Notes: generated by a model not told the origin, from the sequence alone. DNA of 64,000 nucleotides from an uncultured Bacteroidota bacterium (GCA_903919075.1 CAIXGR010000094.1:32213-96212), one strand, 5' to 3'; positions 47,328 to 56,645 are shown, counted from the first letter of the stretch. Made by a program: numbers and translations.

Positions 47328-47948
47328 CTACTGCTGTAATCTTAAATAAATAGAGCCCATTAAACCTTTACGCATTTCCAACTCTACCATTTTGCCATTT
47401 TTGTAATGATAGTAATAAGTAATACCATCGCTCATCTCAGCCTCGTAAACGCTATTGCCATTTTTTTTAACCCTCCTGAACTCTCCTAACCTTTCGGAAA
47501 GCATATGGTCGAGGCTGCAGGGCTCGTTGTAAAATAGCTTTACGGTTGAGCAGTCAATTAAACCATCTATATAAAAAGCTTCCTTATCGCGCTTCACTAA
47601 ATACTTTCCTCCTTCGCGCATAATGCTTGTATAGTGTACCTCATCATTACGTGTGTGCTTGCAATAGGATGAAAAATATTTTTCGTTGATAAACATGATG
47701 TCGTAATGCAAGGTTACGGTGCGCTTAGTAAAAAATAAATGTGCCTCTGATTCGCTATTCAGCATATATTGGGTTGTGCTATCATTCTTTGCAGTTTTTT
47801 CAATAACGGTTTTCCCTATCCTGCTTCCGAATAAAAAAATATCGTAGGTAAGTTTCTGCGCATATGTAGCAGATGAGAAAAGAAAAAAAATGGGGGCAAC
47901 AATATATTTCAAGGGTGAATACAAATTTTTACACGTCAATATTAACAC
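47328..47948 (-). CDS. hypothetical secreted protein
   Basis: Signal-peptide-like N-terminus ending SATYAQ. No family recognised. Confidence 0.45.
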   Translation of the reverse strand: MLILTCKNLYSPLKYIVAPIFFLFSSATYAQKLTYDIFLFGSRIGKTVIEKTAKNDSTTQYMLNSESEAHLFFTKRTVTLHYDIMFINEKYFSSYCKHTRNDEVHYTSIMREGGKYLVKRDKEAFYIDGLIDCSTVKLFYNEPCSLDHMLSERLGEFRRVKKNGNSVYEAEMSDGITYYYHYKNGKMVELEMRKGLMGSIYLRLQQ

Positions 47949-48093
47949 AACTATTTGTGTTGAAAATAATTAAAAACCGCAATGATAATTCCGCAAGTGC
48001 AAAAGTCCATGTTATTTACTTCATCAAAAAATTAATATTTTGTTTTCATTTTCACTGAATATAGTGAATTAATTTTCACCTATACAAAAAAAT

Positions 48094-49479
48094 ATGAAAA
48101 AAGCGATTTTCATTTTAATGGTTTCACTTCTTGTTTGCGTTCAAATTAAGGCGCAGTTGTATGGCTGGAGCAAATTGGGAGACGTAAATGAATGGGGAGC
48201 TAATGGAGAAATAAATAGCATATGCAGCGATGCAGCAGGAAATATTTATGCCGCCGGTCAATTTAAAAACGATTCGGGTAATTATTACGTAGCAAAATAT
48301 AATGGAACCATGTGGAGCGAATTGGGTGGATTAAATAGCCTTGCGGCTAATAATTTAATAAGCAGTATATATTGCGATGCTTCAGGCAATATTTATGCAG
48401 CCGGAGGTTTCTCCAATGTTTGGGGCAATTATTACGTTGCCAAATACAATGGAAGCACCTGGAGCGAGTTAGGCGGCCCAGATAGTTTGGCCGCAAACAG
48501 TTATATTTTCAGTATATGTGGTGATGCTTTCGGAAATATTTATGCCGCCGGCGGGTTTACTGATGGGCTTGGATATACTTTTGTAGCTAAATTTAACGGA
48601 ATAACCTGGGGGGAATTAACAGGCTTACACACATATTTCGCTAATGCCGACATTATAAGTATTTGTACCGATTCATTGGGGCATGTATATGCCGCAGGCA
48701 ATCTTTACAACTCTCATTCTCACACTTACGTAGCCAGATATAATGGAACAACTTGGGACGAATTAGGTGGCATAGATGCTTTGGCTGCAAATAATACCAT
48801 ACTATGTATATACAGTGATGCATCGGGAAATATTTATGCTGGTGGTTATTTTAATACCTCCCAGACCAGCGATGGTAATTACTACGTAGCCAAATACAAC
48901 GGAACCATCTGGAACGAATTGGGTGGGGCCGATAGCCTATCTGCAGCAGATGTAATCATTAACATCTGTAGCGATGCCTATGGCAATATCTTTGCAGCCG
49001 GCGCATTTAAAAATGGTTCGAATAATAATTATGTGGCCCAATACAATGGAACAACATGGAGCGAATTGGGCGGCTTGAACGGCTTGGCAGCTAATGGTTT
49101 AATTAATTCTATGTGTGTTGACCCATCGGGAAATATATATGCTGCCGGTTATTTCTCAGACGGGGCTAACATGTGGACAGGAAATTATTATGTTGCTAAA
49201 TATGGCACTTTAACCGGTATTAATAAAATGGGTGCAGCCGGGGCGCTGAATTTATTTCCCAACCCCACCAACAATGCGCTTACAATTTCAACAGGTAATA
49301 CAATAACTGATGCCAGTATTAAAGTGTTCAATATTACGGGGCAGGTTGTTATTGAAAAAAATAATCAAACGGGCGATAAATTTGTTTTGGACTTATCTAA
49401 TCAACCGGCAGGAATTTATTTTGTGGAAGTGCGCAATGGGGAAAATGTTTGGGTTGAGAAGGTGGTGAAAGAGGATTAG
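48094..49479 (+). CDS. secreted seven-repeat beta-propeller-like protein (SBBP-type repeats) with a T9SS C-terminal sorting domain
   Basis: Signal peptide. Seven units of G(N/H)(I/V)(Y/F)A(A/G)G....N..GNYYVAKYNG..W.ELGG...LAAN by my count. C-terminal LNLFPNPTNNALTI...GIYFVEV. Confidence 0.7.
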   Translation: MKKAIFILMVSLLVCVQIKAQLYGWSKLGDVNEWGANGEINSICSDAAGNIYAAGQFKNDSGNYYVAKYNGTMWSELGGLNSLAANNLISSIYCDASGNIYAAGGFSNVWGNYYVAKYNGSTWSELGGPDSLAANSYIFSICGDAFGNIYAAGGFTDGLGYTFVAKFNGITWGELTGLHTYFANADIISICTDSLGHVYAAGNLYNSHSHTYVARYNGTTWDELGGIDALAANNTILCIYSDASGNIYAGGYFNTSQTSDGNYYVAKYNGTIWNELGGADSLSAADVIINICSDAYGNIFAAGAFKNGSNNNYVAQYNGTTWSELGGLNGLAANGLINSMCVDPSGNIYAAGYFSDGANMWTGNYYVAKYGTLTGINKMGAAGALNLFPNPTNNALTISTGNTITDASIKVFNITGQVVIEKNNQTGDKFVLDLSNQPAGIYFVEVRNGENVWVEKVVKED

Positions 49480-49511
49480 AGAAGCTACATTTCTGTCTCA
49501 AGTGCAGGACA

Positions 49512-50657
49512 TTAAACTTTAAATACCTCAAACAATTTTTCTTCCCCTTTCAAAACCTCGCGTATATGTCCGTCATCGGTATCGGTAATAAAAACTTGCC
49601 CGAAATCATTACCGGCTAATAACTCTACTAATTTTTGACTTCTGTCATTGTCTAATTTATCAAAAATATCATCAATCAATACAAGTGGTTTTCTTTCGGG
49701 GTTTTTAATAAAACTGTATTGAGCAAACTTAATGGCAATTATAAAACTCTTCTGTTGCCCTTGTGAGCCGAATTTTTTGAGTTTAACGCCCACCGCTAAA
49801 TCCCCTAAAGGGGACTTTAATACAGATGATGAATCTTCGGCCTGGGGTTTGAGAGCAGGGGTAATGAAAAACTCTATATCGTCTTTATGTATACCTACAT
49901 CTGTTCGTTGAAGCATTAGGTCTCTATCGAAACTCTTTTTTAATAACTCATCGAATGGGGTTTCATTTAATTGCGATTGATAGGTAAAGCCTACTGCTTC
50001 TCTTTCGAAACTTAGTTGGCGGTAAAATGATTGAAAGGCCGGGTATAATTTTTGGATGGCGATTTTTCTTGCTTCGTAAATTTTTATACCGGCATTAATT
50101 ATCTGCTGGTCGTAAGATTCAATTAGGACACGGTCAACACTACGGGTTTCGGCAAAGCGCTTTAAGGCTGCATTGCGCTGGGCCAATACTTTATTATATA
50201 GTATAAGCTGGTTCAAATATTCATGATTAACCTGCGAGATGGTGTTATCAATAAACCTTCTCCTCTCCTCGCTGCTTCCGGTTATTAGTTGGCCATCATC
50301 GGGCGAAATGATGATTGCGGGGAAATTACCAATATGGTCGCTTAGCTTGGTAAGGGGTGTTTCATTAATTATTAGTTCCTTTCTTTTATTGGCGGGTAGT
50401 TTATAAACCAGTTCAAAAGATTCACCTTGTTTTTTAAAGCTTCCTTCGAGCCTGAAAAAATCTTTTTTGAACAAAATATTCTGTTGGTCGACCTGGTTAA
50501 AATAGCTTTTTGTGAGGCACAAATAATAAATGGCATCGAGCAAATTTGTTTTGCCAACGCCGTTATTACCAATAATGCAATTGATCTTCTTGTTGAAGTT
50601 CAACGCAAGATTTTCGTGATTTTTGAAATTAAGAAGTGATATTTTGCCGAGAAACAC
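49512..50657 (-). CDS. recF: DNA replication and repair protein RecF
   Basis: N-terminal NFKNHE...GNNGVGKTNLLDAIYYL Walker A, GSQGQQKSF signature, LVLIDDIFDKLD Walker B. Confidence 0.9.
   Translation of the reverse strand: MFLGKISLLNFKNHENLALNFNKKINCIIGNNGVGKTNLLDAIYYLCLTKSYFNQVDQQNILFKKDFFRLEGSFKKQGESFELVYKLPANKRKELIINETPLTKLSDHIGNFPAIIISPDDGQLITGSSEERRRFIDNTISQVNHEYLNQLILYNKVLAQRNAALKRFAETRSVDRVLIESYDQQIINAGIKIYEARKIAIQKLYPAFQSFYRQLSFEREAVGFTYQSQLNETPFDELLKKSFDRDLMLQRTDVGIHKDDIEFFITPALKPQAEDSSSVLKSPLGDLAVGVKLKKFGSQGQQKSFIIAIKFAQYSFIKNPERKPLVLIDDIFDKLDNDRSQKLVELLAGNDFGQVFITDTDDGHIREVLKGEEKLFEVFKV
49787..49865. repeat. family-A-like hairpin repeat lying in frame inside recF (copy 3)
   Basis: CGCCCACCGCTAAATCCCCTAAAGGGGAC aligns with CGCACCCTCTAACTCCCTAAAGGGAGAAC at 588-616. 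It encodes the extra segment ...KSPLGDLAVG... of RecF. Confidence 0.5.
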
Positions 50658-50665
50658 TATTTTTG
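50658..50665 (+). promoter_or_regulatory. candidate -7 box for pdhA
   Basis: TATTTTTG fits TAnnTTTG, 35 nt upstream of the ATG at 50700. Confidence 0.35.
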
Positions 50666-50699
50666 ACCTCCTTTTAAGGCATAAACATTCAAAATAAAA

Positions 50700-51719
50700 A
50701 TGGAAACTGCTTTGTCAACTGAAAAAGCTACGGCGAAAATAACCAAAGACACCTATTTGTACTGGTACGAATTAATGGTGCGGCTGCGCAAGTTTGAAGA
50801 ACGTGCGGGAATGCTATACGGACAACAAAAAATACGTGGCTTTTGCCACTTATATATTGGGCAGGAAGCTATTGCCGGCGGAACTATGAGCGCATTGCGT
50901 GCTGATGACCGCTTAATAACAGCTTACCGTGACCACGGCTTGGCTATTGCAAAAGGTATTAGCTGCAACGAGGCTATGGCCGAGCTTTTTGGCAAAGCTA
51001 CAGGCTCGACTAAAGGTAAAGGTGGCTCTATGCACTTTTTCTCGAAAAAACACAGCTTTTTTGGCGGCCATGGTATTGTGGGAGCGCAAATTCCATTGGG
51101 GGCTGGTATTGCTTTTGCCGACCAGTATAATGGCAATGATAATGTTACTATCTGCTTTTTTGGCGATGGCGCTGCACGCCAAGGTGCTTTGCACGAAACG
51201 TTTAATATGGCCATGATGTGGAAATTGCCGGTAATATTTGTTGTTGAAAACAACGGGTATGCCATGGGAACTTCAGTAGAAAGGTCATCGAATGTTACCA
51301 AAATTGCAACTTTAGGCGAGGCTTATAATATGCCTACTGAATCGATTGACGCTATGAAATGCGAAACAGTGCATGAAGCTGTTGAAAGAGCCGCTAAACG
51401 CGCCCGTAACAATGAAGGGCCTACTTTTCTTGAAATGCGTACGTACCGCTACAAAGGCCACTCTATGAGTGATCCGGCAAAATACCGTACTAAGGAAGAG
51501 GTTGAGGAATACAAAAAACAAGACCCTATTGAAACTACTTTAGCTACTATTTTAAAGAAGAAATATGCTACACAGGCGCAGATAGATGAAATAAACACCA
51601 GATTAGATAAGGAAATTGAGGATTGTGTGACTTTTGCTGAAAACTCTCCTTTTCCTGATGATAATGAACTATTTAATGACATATACACACAGCCGGATTA
51701 TCCTTTCTTGACAGAATAA
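50700..51719 (+). CDS. pdhA: pyruvate dehydrogenase (acetyl-transferring) E1 component alpha subunit
   Basis: ThDP-binding GDGA...NN motif (FFGDGAARQGALHE...VVENNGYAMGT), YR..GHSMSDP phosphorylation-loop-type motif. Confidence 0.9.
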   Translation: METALSTEKATAKITKDTYLYWYELMVRLRKFEERAGMLYGQQKIRGFCHLYIGQEAIAGGTMSALRADDRLITAYRDHGLAIAKGISCNEAMAELFGKATGSTKGKGGSMHFFSKKHSFFGGHGIVGAQIPLGAGIAFADQYNGNDNVTICFFGDGAARQGALHETFNMAMMWKLPVIFVVENNGYAMGTSVERSSNVTKIATLGEAYNMPTESIDAMKCETVHEAVERAAKRARNNEGPTFLEMRTYRYKGHSMSDPAKYRTKEEVEEYKKQDPIETTLATILKKKYATQAQIDEINTRLDKEIEDCVTFAENSPFPDDNELFNDIYTQPDYPFLTE

Positions 51720-51758
51720 ACAATCTGACTATATTCGCACTTCAATTTTTTATAAACC

Positions 51759-52427
51759 ATGGCAGAAGAAAAAGAAACATTAGGTGAAAATTTACAGGAC
51801 GGCTTAACAAAAGCTGAACAGTTTTTTGAAGATAACCAGAAAGGCGTATTAATAGGCGGCGGAATCATTGGGTTGATTGTGGTTGCTGTAGTTTATGCGC
51901 TTGTTTATTGGTTACCACAAGAGAATTTGAAAGCGCAAAAAGCCGTTTATATGGCTGAATTTGCCTTCGCAAAAGATTCGTTTAACCTGGCTTTGAATGG
52001 CAATGCAGCGTATAAGGGTTTTAGTGATGTGGCCAATAAATACAGCTGGACTAAAACCGGCAACCTGGCTAACTATTATGCCGGCATTTGCTGCCTTAAC
52101 TTAAAAAAGTATGATGATGCTATTAAGTATCTCGACAAATTTAGCACCAGTGATGCTATTATTGGCGCATTAAAATTAAGCACCACAGGCGATGCATACT
52201 CGGAGCAAGGTAAAATGGATGAAGCCATTAAGTATTATGTAAAGGCTGCTGATTTTTCGGAAAACGACAACTACACTCCATATTTCCTATTCAAAACGGG
52301 GATGGCTTATGAGAAGCAAAAGAAAAATGCCGATGCCAAGAAATTGTATGAAAGAATACGTGACCAATACCCTATGAGCGATGAAGGACGTGATATTGAG
52401 AAGTATATTGCGCGGGTATCTCAATAG
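51759..52427 (+). CDS. membrane-anchored tetratricopeptide repeat protein
   Basis: A single TM helix after about 30 aa, then TPR-like helical repeats (YYAGICCLNLKKYDDAIKYL, GDAYSEQGKMDEAIKYY). Confidence 0.6.
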   Translation: MAEEKETLGENLQDGLTKAEQFFEDNQKGVLIGGGIIGLIVVAVVYALVYWLPQENLKAQKAVYMAEFAFAKDSFNLALNGNAAYKGFSDVANKYSWTKTGNLANYYAGICCLNLKKYDDAIKYLDKFSTSDAIIGALKLSTTGDAYSEQGKMDEAIKYYVKAADFSENDNYTPYFLFKTGMAYEKQKKNADAKKLYERIRDQYPMSDEGRDIEKYIARVSQ

Positions 52428-52454
52428 TGAATAGTAAATATTGAATAGCTAAAC

Positions 52455-52490
52455 AAAAAGGCTCTGAGTTTCACTCAGAGCCTTTTTGTT
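52455..52490 (+). terminator. rho-independent terminator (bidirectional shape)
   Basis: AAAAA-GGCTCTGAG-TTTCA-CTCAGAGCC-TTTTTGTTT: a 9-bp perfect stem, 5-nt loop and T run, 30 nt after the TPR gene stop. Confidence 0.85.
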
Positions 52491-52569
52491 TATTACACCG
52501 AGACAGAAATTTTGCGCGTCAATTCTATCATTAACAAAAAAATAATTTTTATCTCAAATGAATAAATAT

Positions 52570-52577
52570 TATTTTTG
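52570..52577 (+). promoter_or_regulatory. candidate -7 box giving a long ribH leader
   Basis: TATTTTTG fits TAnnTTTG. About 265 nt upstream of the ribH ATG at 52842. Confidence 0.25.
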
Positions 52578-52654
52578 TTGCATGACATTTATTTAATAAC
52601 CAGTAGGGTGGAATTACCGTACAAATATGAAATACATATAAATCAGCCAATTAC

Positions 52655-52732
52655 GGTTGACAACGGTTGACACTTCTTGTATTTAAAACCTTAATAATCA
52701 ATACTTTCATTTTAAAGTGTCAACTGTCAACC
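52655..52732. repeat. inverted repeat built from four GTTGACA units
   Basis: Arm 1 is GGTTGACA-ACG-GTTGACACTT (52655-52675). Arm 2 is AAGTGTCAAC-TGTCAACC (52715-52732). There are 18 matching nt with a 3-nt bulge and a 39-nt AT-rich spacer. Confidence 0.85.
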
Positions 52733-52841
52733 ATGTTTTTACAGTATTAAATTACTTTTTGGTGCAGTTTCAACTTTCTTTTACAACCAGAAATACAAGT
52801 TTGGCATTTCAGCCGTATTATTGTTAAAGAAAAAAGAAAGC

Positions 52842-53339
52842 ATGTCATCTAAACAAAAAAACCTGTCGGAACATAAAACACAAAAATTTCCCGGTGCTTC
52901 GGGGTATAGGATTGCTATTGCAGTTTCGGAATACCATGAGAAAATAACTTTTGCACTACGGGATGGATGTATAGATGCCTTGAAAAAATACGGGGTTAAC
53001 GAGAAAAATATTTTTGTAAGTGTAATACCCGGTGCATTTGAATTACCCCTTGCTGCCAAATGGCTATATGAAAAAAAGAAGGCCGATGCAGTAATTTGTT
53101 TGGGCTGTGTTATTAAGGGCGAAACTGATCATGATAAGTACATTAATCAAGCGGTAGCGCAAGGTGTTATGAATTTATGCCTGAAAACAGGAGCACCATT
53201 TATATTCGGGTTGCTTACCCCTAATACGCTACAGCAAGCTAAAGACAGGGCAGGTGGAAAGCATGGCAATAAAGGGGTTGAATGCGCCGTTGCAGCCTTA
53301 CAGATGCTACAATTAAAAGATAGTTTGAAAAAGAAATAA
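52842..53339 (+). CDS. ribH: 6,7-dimethyl-8-ribityllumazine synthase
   Basis: IAIAVSEYHEKIT, VPGAFELP, ITLGCVIKGETDH-like LGCVIKGETDHDKYI, GGKHGNKG. ATG at 52842 preferred over TTG at 52821. Confidence 0.92.
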   Translation: MSSKQKNLSEHKTQKFPGASGYRIAIAVSEYHEKITFALRDGCIDALKKYGVNEKNIFVSVIPGAFELPLAAKWLYEKKKADAVICLGCVIKGETDHDKYINQAVAQGVMNLCLKTGAPFIFGLLTPNTLQQAKDRAGGKHGNKGVECAVAALQMLQLKDSLKKK

Positions 53340-53340
53340 T

Positions 53341-54180
53341 ATGAAGCTGCATACTATTGAAACCGGCTTTTTTAAATTGGACGGCGGTGCCATGTTTGGC
53401 GTAGTACCTAAAACTATGTGGCAAAAGCTGAACCCACCTGATGCCAATAACCTTTGTACCTGGGCCATGCGTTGCCTTTTAATTGAAGATGGCAAACAAC
53501 TTATTTTAATTGATTGCGGCATAGGTGACAAACAGGACGCGAAATTTTTTGGCCACTATGATTTGCATGGCGAGGCCACACTTGAAAAATCGATAAATCA
53601 AATTGGTTTTAGCTTTAATGATATTACCGATGTTATTCTAACACACTTGCATTTTGATCATTGTGGTGGTGCAATAAAAAAAAATGCTGAGGGCACTTTT
53701 TATCCCACGTTTAAAAACGCAACATACTGGAGCAATGAAAGACACTGGCAATGGGCAACACAGCCGAATGCACGAGAGAAAGCTTCGTTTTTGAAAGAGA
53801 ATATTTTACCTATACAGGAAAGCGGGCAATTAAAATTTGTTGACTCCGGTAGTACTGCGGTTCATTCTGATATTACGCTTAAAACAGTTTCGGGGCATAC
53901 TGAATCTATGTTTATTCCACACATAAAAACTGGTGATAAAACAATCGTTTATTGTGCCGACCTATTGCCCAGCATGGCGCACATTCCGGTGCCCTATGTA
54001 ATGGCTTATGATACGCGGCCACTTATAACGCTTGAAGAAAAGAAAAACTTTTTGGACGGAGCTGCAAGCAATAATCACTTTTTATTTTTTGAACATGACC
54101 GGAGTATTGAATGCTGTAGTTTAAAACAAACTGAAAAGGGCGTAAGAGAAAACGAAATGTTTAAATTGAGTGAGTTGTAG
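53341..54180 (+). CDS. MBL-fold metallo-hydrolase
   Basis: THLHFDHCGG metal-binding motif and a downstream GHTE. Confidence 0.8.
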   Translation: MKLHTIETGFFKLDGGAMFGVVPKTMWQKLNPPDANNLCTWAMRCLLIEDGKQLILIDCGIGDKQDAKFFGHYDLHGEATLEKSINQIGFSFNDITDVILTHLHFDHCGGAIKKNAEGTFYPTFKNATYWSNERHWQWATQPNAREKASFLKENILPIQESGQLKFVDSGSTAVHSDITLKTVSGHTESMFIPHIKTGDKTIVYCADLLPSMAHIPVPYVMAYDTRPLITLEEKKNFLDGAASNNHFLFFEHDRSIECCSLKQTEKGVRENEMFKLSEL

Positions 54181-54241
54181 AATAGCAATGATAATAAAAG
54201 CGTGCAGCTAATATTGAATGATGGTATTTGAAGGAACTAAA

Positions 54242-55360
54242 ATGCTGACCAATATTCCGTTTCCATTTCGTTTGGTTAAACCAGGCTTTTTGTTCTACGC
54301 ATTGTTTTTGCTTGTTTTCTATGTTACTCCCGCGTCTGCGCAAAAGAAAACAGACACCTCTCCACCCTCGGTTAATCTTGACTCATTAAGTGAGAATGAC
54401 AAAATTTTGTTCGAAATGTACAAGGATACATTCGATATTGAATTGCAGAATTTTTTGGCAGCGTTTAGAGTGGCAGATTTAAAGATTGATACCACTATCA
54501 GCGAAATGGATAAAAAATCGCACGTGGAAATTGGAGTTGATTTTGTAAGCAGGGTACTTATTAATGGCCGCGAGCAAGGATTGAATGGAGTGGTTTTTCT
54601 TCCTTGCGTCGGTTACTATCATAAAACCGGTTTATATGCGTTACTAACAAGTAACTTTTATACTGATAAAGCTATTACTCAATATGCAACAGTACCTGTT
54701 AATATTCTTTCGGCCGGATATCAGCACGATTTTTTTAAAATATGGTCAGTCGATGCTTCTTATTCCAGAATATTTATTAGTTACGGAAGTGTTGTTTCGC
54801 GCTCGCTACTTAACAATACATTTACTGTTAATACCGGTGTAAATATTTGGAGACGGCTTATTTTTGAAGCATCATTTTATATTGATTGGAGTAGTTTGCG
54901 AAATAGAGATGCGTTTGAAGAACGTGCTATTGGATTTGCTACCTCAATACACAAGGAGTTTATACTGCGTAAATTTATTGGCGCTAAAATATTTACCATA
55001 AGCCCGGGGGTAACAGCCTATTTTGCCACTGATAACCTTGCATTTGTTAGGCAAAGAGCGGTGGCTGAACAGGTGCATAATCCGCTTTCACTATATACCA
55101 CCGGTATTGCTCACTTTTTTGGCTTTGTAGATATTGAGCCTTATATATCATTTGACTGGCGAATCAGGAACCTTGATATTTTCACTTCTGCCACAGTAGC
55201 TATACCATTTAATACTTTTAATTATAATACTAATATTAGAATTGATAACCCTAAAGAGTACAGGCCCTATGTAAGCGCAGGCTTAAAATATTTATTTGCT
55301 GTTAAGCGTTTTAAGAAACATAGCGCAACGAATAATCAGGCCGGAAATATTAATCGATAA
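54242..55360 (+). CDS. hypothetical outer-membrane (beta-barrel-like) protein
   Basis: Signal peptide ...VTPASAQ. Alternating aromatic/hydrophilic strands. No family recognised. Confidence 0.4.
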   Translation: MLTNIPFPFRLVKPGFLFYALFLLVFYVTPASAQKKTDTSPPSVNLDSLSENDKILFEMYKDTFDIELQNFLAAFRVADLKIDTTISEMDKKSHVEIGVDFVSRVLINGREQGLNGVVFLPCVGYYHKTGLYALLTSNFYTDKAITQYATVPVNILSAGYQHDFFKIWSVDASYSRIFISYGSVVSRSLLNNTFTVNTGVNIWRRLIFEASFYIDWSSLRNRDAFEERAIGFATSIHKEFILRKFIGAKIFTISPGVTAYFATDNLAFVRQRAVAEQVHNPLSLYTTGIAHFFGFVDIEPYISFDWRIRNLDIFTSATVAIPFNTFNYNTNIRIDNPKEYRPYVSAGLKYLFAVKRFKKHSATNNQAGNINR

Positions 55361-55637
55361 CTCTAACGCTCCAAGCTAAAGGCTTATCGCCAAAAAATTT
55401 CTTTACCTCATCCCATGTTGAAATGAACAGTTCGGAATTACGGTATTTTTCCAAGGTATTTTCATCTATCCATTCGCTATAAGTGAAAAAGGTATTAGTA
55501 TCTGAGATATCACGTAGCAGCTTTACACTTTTACATCCTTCGAAAGAGGCAATCATTGTTTTTTTCCGCTCGAAGGCAGCGAGAAAGTCGTTTACATTTT
55601 CGGGCTTGAAAGTCATTTTTACTATCCTGGTAAGCAT
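55350..55637 (-). CDS. antibiotic biosynthesis monooxygenase (ABM) domain protein
   Basis: About 95 aa ferredoxin-like pattern: VKMTFKPENV..F...F......I..F.GC..V.LL.D......FFTYS.W. Confidence 0.6.
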   Translation of the reverse strand: MLTRIVKMTFKPENVNDFLAAFERKKTMIASFEGCKSVKLLRDISDTNTFFTYSEWIDENTLEKYRNSELFISTWDEVKKFFGDKPLAWSVRVID

Positions 55638-55654
55638 TCTTTAAAAGTTTAAAA

Positions 55655-56422
55655 TCAATCGATCATTACTAGTACGGGTGAGTCTATCTTCAAGCCCAAT
55701 AAATTTTCGGCCCTGCCTTTGTTGATGGCAATTTCGAGAAAACCAGAGGCATTAAAAAGACAAACCATATCACCTTCTTCAACATCGGAATACTTTTTGC
55801 TGATAACCCTTGTTGAGCCTACGTTTGCCATAACTGTGAACTGTTTGCCATCGGTAAACTGCTTAAACATAGCGTGGGGAATATTTACAATGGCATTGCC
55901 AAAACTATCAATATGAAGCACCGTACCCCTAACCGAACCTTGTGATATAATAGGTTGCAGCAACCGGTAGTTAACTGTTTCAATTACCGGATGTGCAAAA
56001 TCTGTTGGGTTAAATTCTTTAAGCAATAGGTTTACTGTTTTGCCTATGGCATCTTCAAAAAGCAGCGAGCTGTTTTCAAGCAATTCATCATTTACCTGAT
56101 AGGTATGCGTTGGCGGTTGTTCGAAAGCAAGAGAAAGAAACCCATTATCGAAAGTGAGGAAATAATGGCCTTCAACAACAGCAAGCAGCAATTTATTATT
56201 ACCATCGGTAGCATTTACATGAACAATGTGGATACTACCTTTGGGGAAATAACGAAACGCCCTGCCCGCAGTAAAGGCAGCCTCTTTAATATCGAACGGT
56301 TTGATGGAATGGGTAATATCAATAATAGGGGCGTTTGAGCCATTACTGATAATGGCGCCTTTAAGAGCGGCTACGTAAAAGTCCTTTACACCAAGGTCGG
56401 AAGTAATGGTAACGGGCCCCAT
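55655..56422 (-). CDS. SAM hydrolase / SAM hydroxide adenosyltransferase family protein (DUF62)
   Basis: N-terminal ITSDLGVKDFYVAALKGAI, IDITH, HIDSFGN motifs. Confidence 0.75.
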   Translation of the reverse strand: MGPVTITSDLGVKDFYVAALKGAIISNGSNAPIIDITHSIKPFDIKEAAFTAGRAFRYFPKGSIHIVHVNATDGNNKLLLAVVEGHYFLTFDNGFLSLAFEQPPTHTYQVNDELLENSSLLFEDAIGKTVNLLLKEFNPTDFAHPVIETVNYRLLQPIISQGSVRGTVLHIDSFGNAIVNIPHAMFKQFTDGKQFTVMANVGSTRVISKKYSDVEEGDMVCLFNASGFLEIAINKGRAENLLGLKIDSPVLVMID

Positions 56423-56615
56423 GATGAGTTTTTACTGCATTAAATTTTAAAATTCCTTATTTCTTTTAATACCGCGCACTATTAGCAATCAAATGCCGTT
56501 TGAATACCAATGGTGAACAAATCTGAACCAAATGACGTTATAAACAAACAAGGATAGGCAGCAAAAAATGTGGATAGATATATTTTGCTATACAGTATGA
56601 CTGGTTTAAAAATTT

Positions 56616-56623
56616 TAAATTTG
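56616..56623 (+). promoter_or_regulatory. candidate -7 box for phoH
   Basis: TAAATTTG fits TAnnTTTG, 22 nt upstream of the start at 56646. Confidence 0.35.
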
Positions 56624-56645
56624 TAGTAACAAAATCTTCAACGAA

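Noticed and set aside
52496-52625. Possible FMN (RFN) riboswitch upstream of ribH: AGGGTGGAATTACCG resembles the AGGGTGAAATTCCC core, and CCGAGACAGAAA resembles CCGACAGTGAAA
   Set aside because: The two fragments are in the wrong order. The other invariant RFN blocks (GGATGGGAGA closing region, paired stems) are absent. A scan with Rfam RF00050 would settle it.
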